Source of the DNA: a bacterium | GTDB taxonomy: Bacteria > Bacteroidota > Ignavibacteria > Kapaibacteriales > UBA961 | DNA length: 37,834 nt | Reading direction: 5' to 3' | NCBI GenBank assembly: GCA_046093685.1 | Contig: JBJTFZ010000180.1 | Coordinates: forward strand, 1 to 37,834 | Part shown: positions 36,601 through 37,834 of the stretch, piece by piece | How the letters are laid out: every line of letters starts with the position of its first letter | How positions within the stretch are numbered: position 1 is the first letter of the stretch | The notes under the pieces: model-generated | Told to the model about the DNA's origin: nothing | Seen by the model: only the letters and a program-made list of their open reading frames with translations | Databases searched by the model: none | Position numbers and translations under genes: made by a program

Positions 36601-37834
36601 GATGCGGGAATTCATGAACCATGTTCACAGGACACCATGCTATTGGTGAACATTTCAAATGCCGGATTACAAAATGGATTATGCTCCATCACTTCACGAG
36701 GAAGGTCGCTGATCATCAAAGATTCCATGGTTTCAGTTTCAGCAAGTGACAATTTGGTCTTAAACATTCTACATCGTCCTTCACTTGCCGGAATTGGTTC
36801 TTGGAAAGACACATTGGTGATTACCGATCTCACATGTGATAAATCCGTCATGGTATTTGTTCATGGTATTGTTGATACCATTTCGATTACCAAGAGTCCT
36901 GATGCAATAGCATATTCAACCGTCTATCGTGATGACTCAGTTTCAAGAACCGTAATCATAAAGAATACATCGCCATTTTCAATTACCATTGATTCATTGA
37001 GCTTTAGATCAACATTACCGGAATATGAATGGTCGAGCACAAGAACATTCCCATTCATGATGCCGTCACTCGATACAATGCATATTTCTTTGAAGGCACA
37101 TGCTTTGTCAGAAGGATCCGCTCCACGAAATGAACTTCTGGTACATGCACATCGTGATTGCAAAGCCACGGTCTCAATTCCCGTTTCAATGGATGTTCCA
37201 ATAGAGTCATATACTGCTATTCTCAGCACCGAAGATTATGAAGTTGAATATGGAGATACAATGACCATCTATTGCAGATTGCAGGGAGATCTCAGTTTGG
37301 CTAGACTTCGCTCTTTGTCCTATACTGTTCACTTGGATGGTAAATTGTTCAGCATCATAAAAACGCAACCTAAAGGATTGATATCGCATATTGATTCCGT
37401 GATTTCATGGACAATTCCTGTGGATAGCATTCCTTTGAAAGGTGGAATCATATCAAGAATTCATGGCAGAGCATTGGTGACGCAATACAGAAAAGCACCA
37501 ATAACATTCTCCAATATTCTGGCGGAAACAAATAGAACGATTTCCATCGATACCATTTCAGGTTCGCTAAATGTTTCTAGTGTATGCGCCAATTCATTGA
37601 CTGGATTCAAGGAAACCACTCTATTATCCATGAGAGTGCTACCACCATTACCAATCCAATCACGAATCACGATAGGATATCGATCCACTACAAATGAAAT
37701 TGCTTCCGGTTCTGTGAGAGTTTATTCTTTGGAAGGAGCTTTGTTGTTTACAGGTGAACTCAGTGGTCTGGCAGAAGAACAATCATTTGTGGTCCCGAAC
37801 ACATTCAGTCCAGGAACATATATCATTGAATTCC
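33685..37834 (+). CDS. Giant T9SS-sorted surface protein: signal peptide, BNR/Asp-box beta-propeller (Ycf48-like), ~8 tandem Ig-like (ASH / choice-of-anchor-D-like) modules, cohesin-like module, T9SS C-terminal sorting domain; 3'-partial at the window edge
   Basis: Absent from the ORF track because there is no stop in the window. My translation from the ATG at 33685 (which overlaps the permease TGA) is open for 1383 codons. It has six Asp-box motifs (TTDGGNTW, SIDGGATW, TTNGGNSW, STNAGQTW, TTNKGMSW, TSDAGRTW). It has repeated ~100-aa beta-sandwich-like modules (IIIRNYSFESTIVTI, FIVHNRSDAEIILSAI, FTITNSGNAMLVIHGL, IMISNPGMLNDTIIAI, VIIKNTSPFSITIDSL). The terminal sequence VRVYSLEGALLFTGEL...FSPGTYIIEF is typical of the Por secretion tail. 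The minus-strand ORFs at 33781-37688 are noise inside this gene. Confidence 0.8.
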   Translation, partial: MNLFVRILSVLFMIMFLSFESSGQYWKSVNLPSGYSSNYWLDIHFLPGNTQLGWACGFNASIVRTTDGGNTWIGSKVTQFQNPMLESIHFVSPQIGYTSGPQGIWKSIDGGATWNSITPPAVQGSLWGCYFKDQDLGLVIGGGCGGSQMFYRTTNGGNSWTLFQGSEPQSGMCDLILDQASDTGYASSSGVIWQSTNAGQTWSVFSRANSVNAWQEEIAWLGDSFLVPYSGQSCQGGGGGGGMCFTTNKGMSWNRVAAPDNLFGTFLTSATTGWACGYDRSVYYTSDAGRTWEYRNCGTTGSLDDIRMFSDTSGWVVGEGIYKMIPGFHEVLPKNGLSFANTCVNSLKHDSIIIRNYSFESTIVTITVNGPAASDFIIPFTSFALGQCEERLVPVTFRPTGSGTRNATIGISMINPLESFSIPLQGTASDITLSAGFRDTVNVGSHQVGTTTDSTFIVHNRSDAEIILSAINPLDLPKGHTLLWNNALPLRIPAKDSALLRYRIIMNDTGSTAQRFQFKFGLCDKTITMKSFGTSPRISSPENFVILSDCSPFKDSIFTITNSGNAMLVIHGLAISGGDSSAFSIRPHVLPMFIAPGKSASITLRYAKRLPLAPNAMSKLLIYHSDTMQTRASPRVVNLTGKRGYTIATATNDSLWAGTHCVGQKGKCSATLSVNGTGSTQIFGIVSKTGASKVISPTTFPVTITAPLSASIETSSLKAGRYRDTLLIISGICKDTIPFIVEAQAITTEIAFADSILTGTVDQGIPATLSWDLFSIGTALADIRSMKLIDNQGIQLADPLPRPSIINPGKSGRVSIRVTPKLSDSLLIDTLCIDALRECPTTICIPIRILVRQARLAISDTLLNIDLRCDSSAVTDTIMISNPGMLNDTIIAITPRNVGGPISHNTQFTLPYVLIPGDSVPIFIRFEPKAQGNYSYTLDIESSSGRNVGKNQVIQVNGTFMAPAISASPMIVDAGIHEPCSQDTMLLVNISNAGLQNGLCSITSRGRSLIIKDSMVSVSASDNLVLNILHRPSLAGIGSWKDTLVITDLTCDKSVMVFVHGIVDTISITKSPDAIAYSTVYRDDSVSRTVIIKNTSPFSITIDSLSFRSTLPEYEWSSTRTFPFMMPSLDTMHISLKAHALSEGSAPRNELLVHAHRDCKATVSIPVSMDVPIESYTAILSTEDYEVEYGDTMTIYCRLQGDLSLARLRSLSYTVHLDGKLFSIIKTQPKGLISHIDSVISWTIPVDSIPLKGGIISRIHGRALVTQYRKAPITFSNILAETNRTISIDTISGSLNVSSVCANSLTGFKETTLLSMRVLPPLPIQSRITIGYRSTTNEIASGSVRVYSLEGALLFTGELSGLAEEQSFVVPNTFSPGTYIIEF
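34390..34410 (+). repeat. Short in-frame tandem repeat (GGAGGTGGT)x2 + GGA encoding a Gly7 run inside the giant surface-protein gene
   Basis: Read directly: caa GGA GGT GGT GGA GGT GGT GGA atg, giving Q-GGGGGGG-M, flanked by Cys residues (SCQG7MC). Confidence 0.9.

Noticed and set aside
33781-37688. Many 60-116-aa ORFs, mostly on the minus strand, across the last 4 kb
   Set aside because: They overlap the single 1383-codon plus-strand frame with clear domain structure (Asp-boxes, Ig-like modules, T9SS tail). None has a recognisable motif.
1-37834. Scan for CRISPR arrays, IS elements, long direct or inverted repeats, and defence or toxin-antitoxin modules
   Set aside because: Non-coding DNA totals only about 0.9 kb in pieces of 175 nt or less. 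I found no spaced repeat array, transposase, integrase, restriction-modification genes, Cas genes, phage genes or small paired toxin/antitoxin ORFs. An exhaustive repeat search by computer is still advisable, because I checked by eye only.

Overview
This is a dense, AT-rich chromosomal segment, about 97% coding by my coordinates. It probably comes from an FCB-group bacterium (Bacteroidota/Ignavibacteriota-like): it has a T9SS-type C-terminal sorting domain, TAnnTTTG promoter-like boxes and few Shine-Dalgarno sequences. I count 26 protein-coding genes, one tRNA-Thr(UGU) and its intrinsic terminator. Two of the largest genes are missing from the supplied ORF track because they run off the window edges. 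One is a minus-strand FG-GAP/VCBS + ASPIC/UnbV protein (1-1776). The other is a >1383-aa plus-strand surface protein (33685-37834). The content is mostly housekeeping (recF, dnaG, folC, pdxH, rnr, tcdA, tatD, a clpB fragment), with envelope and peptide-scavenging functions alongside (M28, GGT, DUF885, M61-PDZ, oligopeptidase B, an RND pump, metal ABC parts, MoxR). I saw no CRISPR array, transposase, integrase, phage genes or recognisable defence system, and no convincing multi-gene novel system. The observations most worth a second look are listed here. (1) clpB stops after NBD1, 13 nt from the convergent pdxH stop. (2) The giant BNR-propeller + Ig-array + T9SS protein has a start codon that overlaps the stop of a metal-ABC permease. 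(3) A DsrM/NarI-like membrane domain is fused to an HdrD/DsrK-like protein and paired with a nitroreductase. (4) MoxR, the RND pump and the metal-ABC components all sit without their usual partners. (5) All four convergent gene junctions have 13 nt or less of spacer, or overlap. All family calls rest on motifs read by eye, not on database searches.
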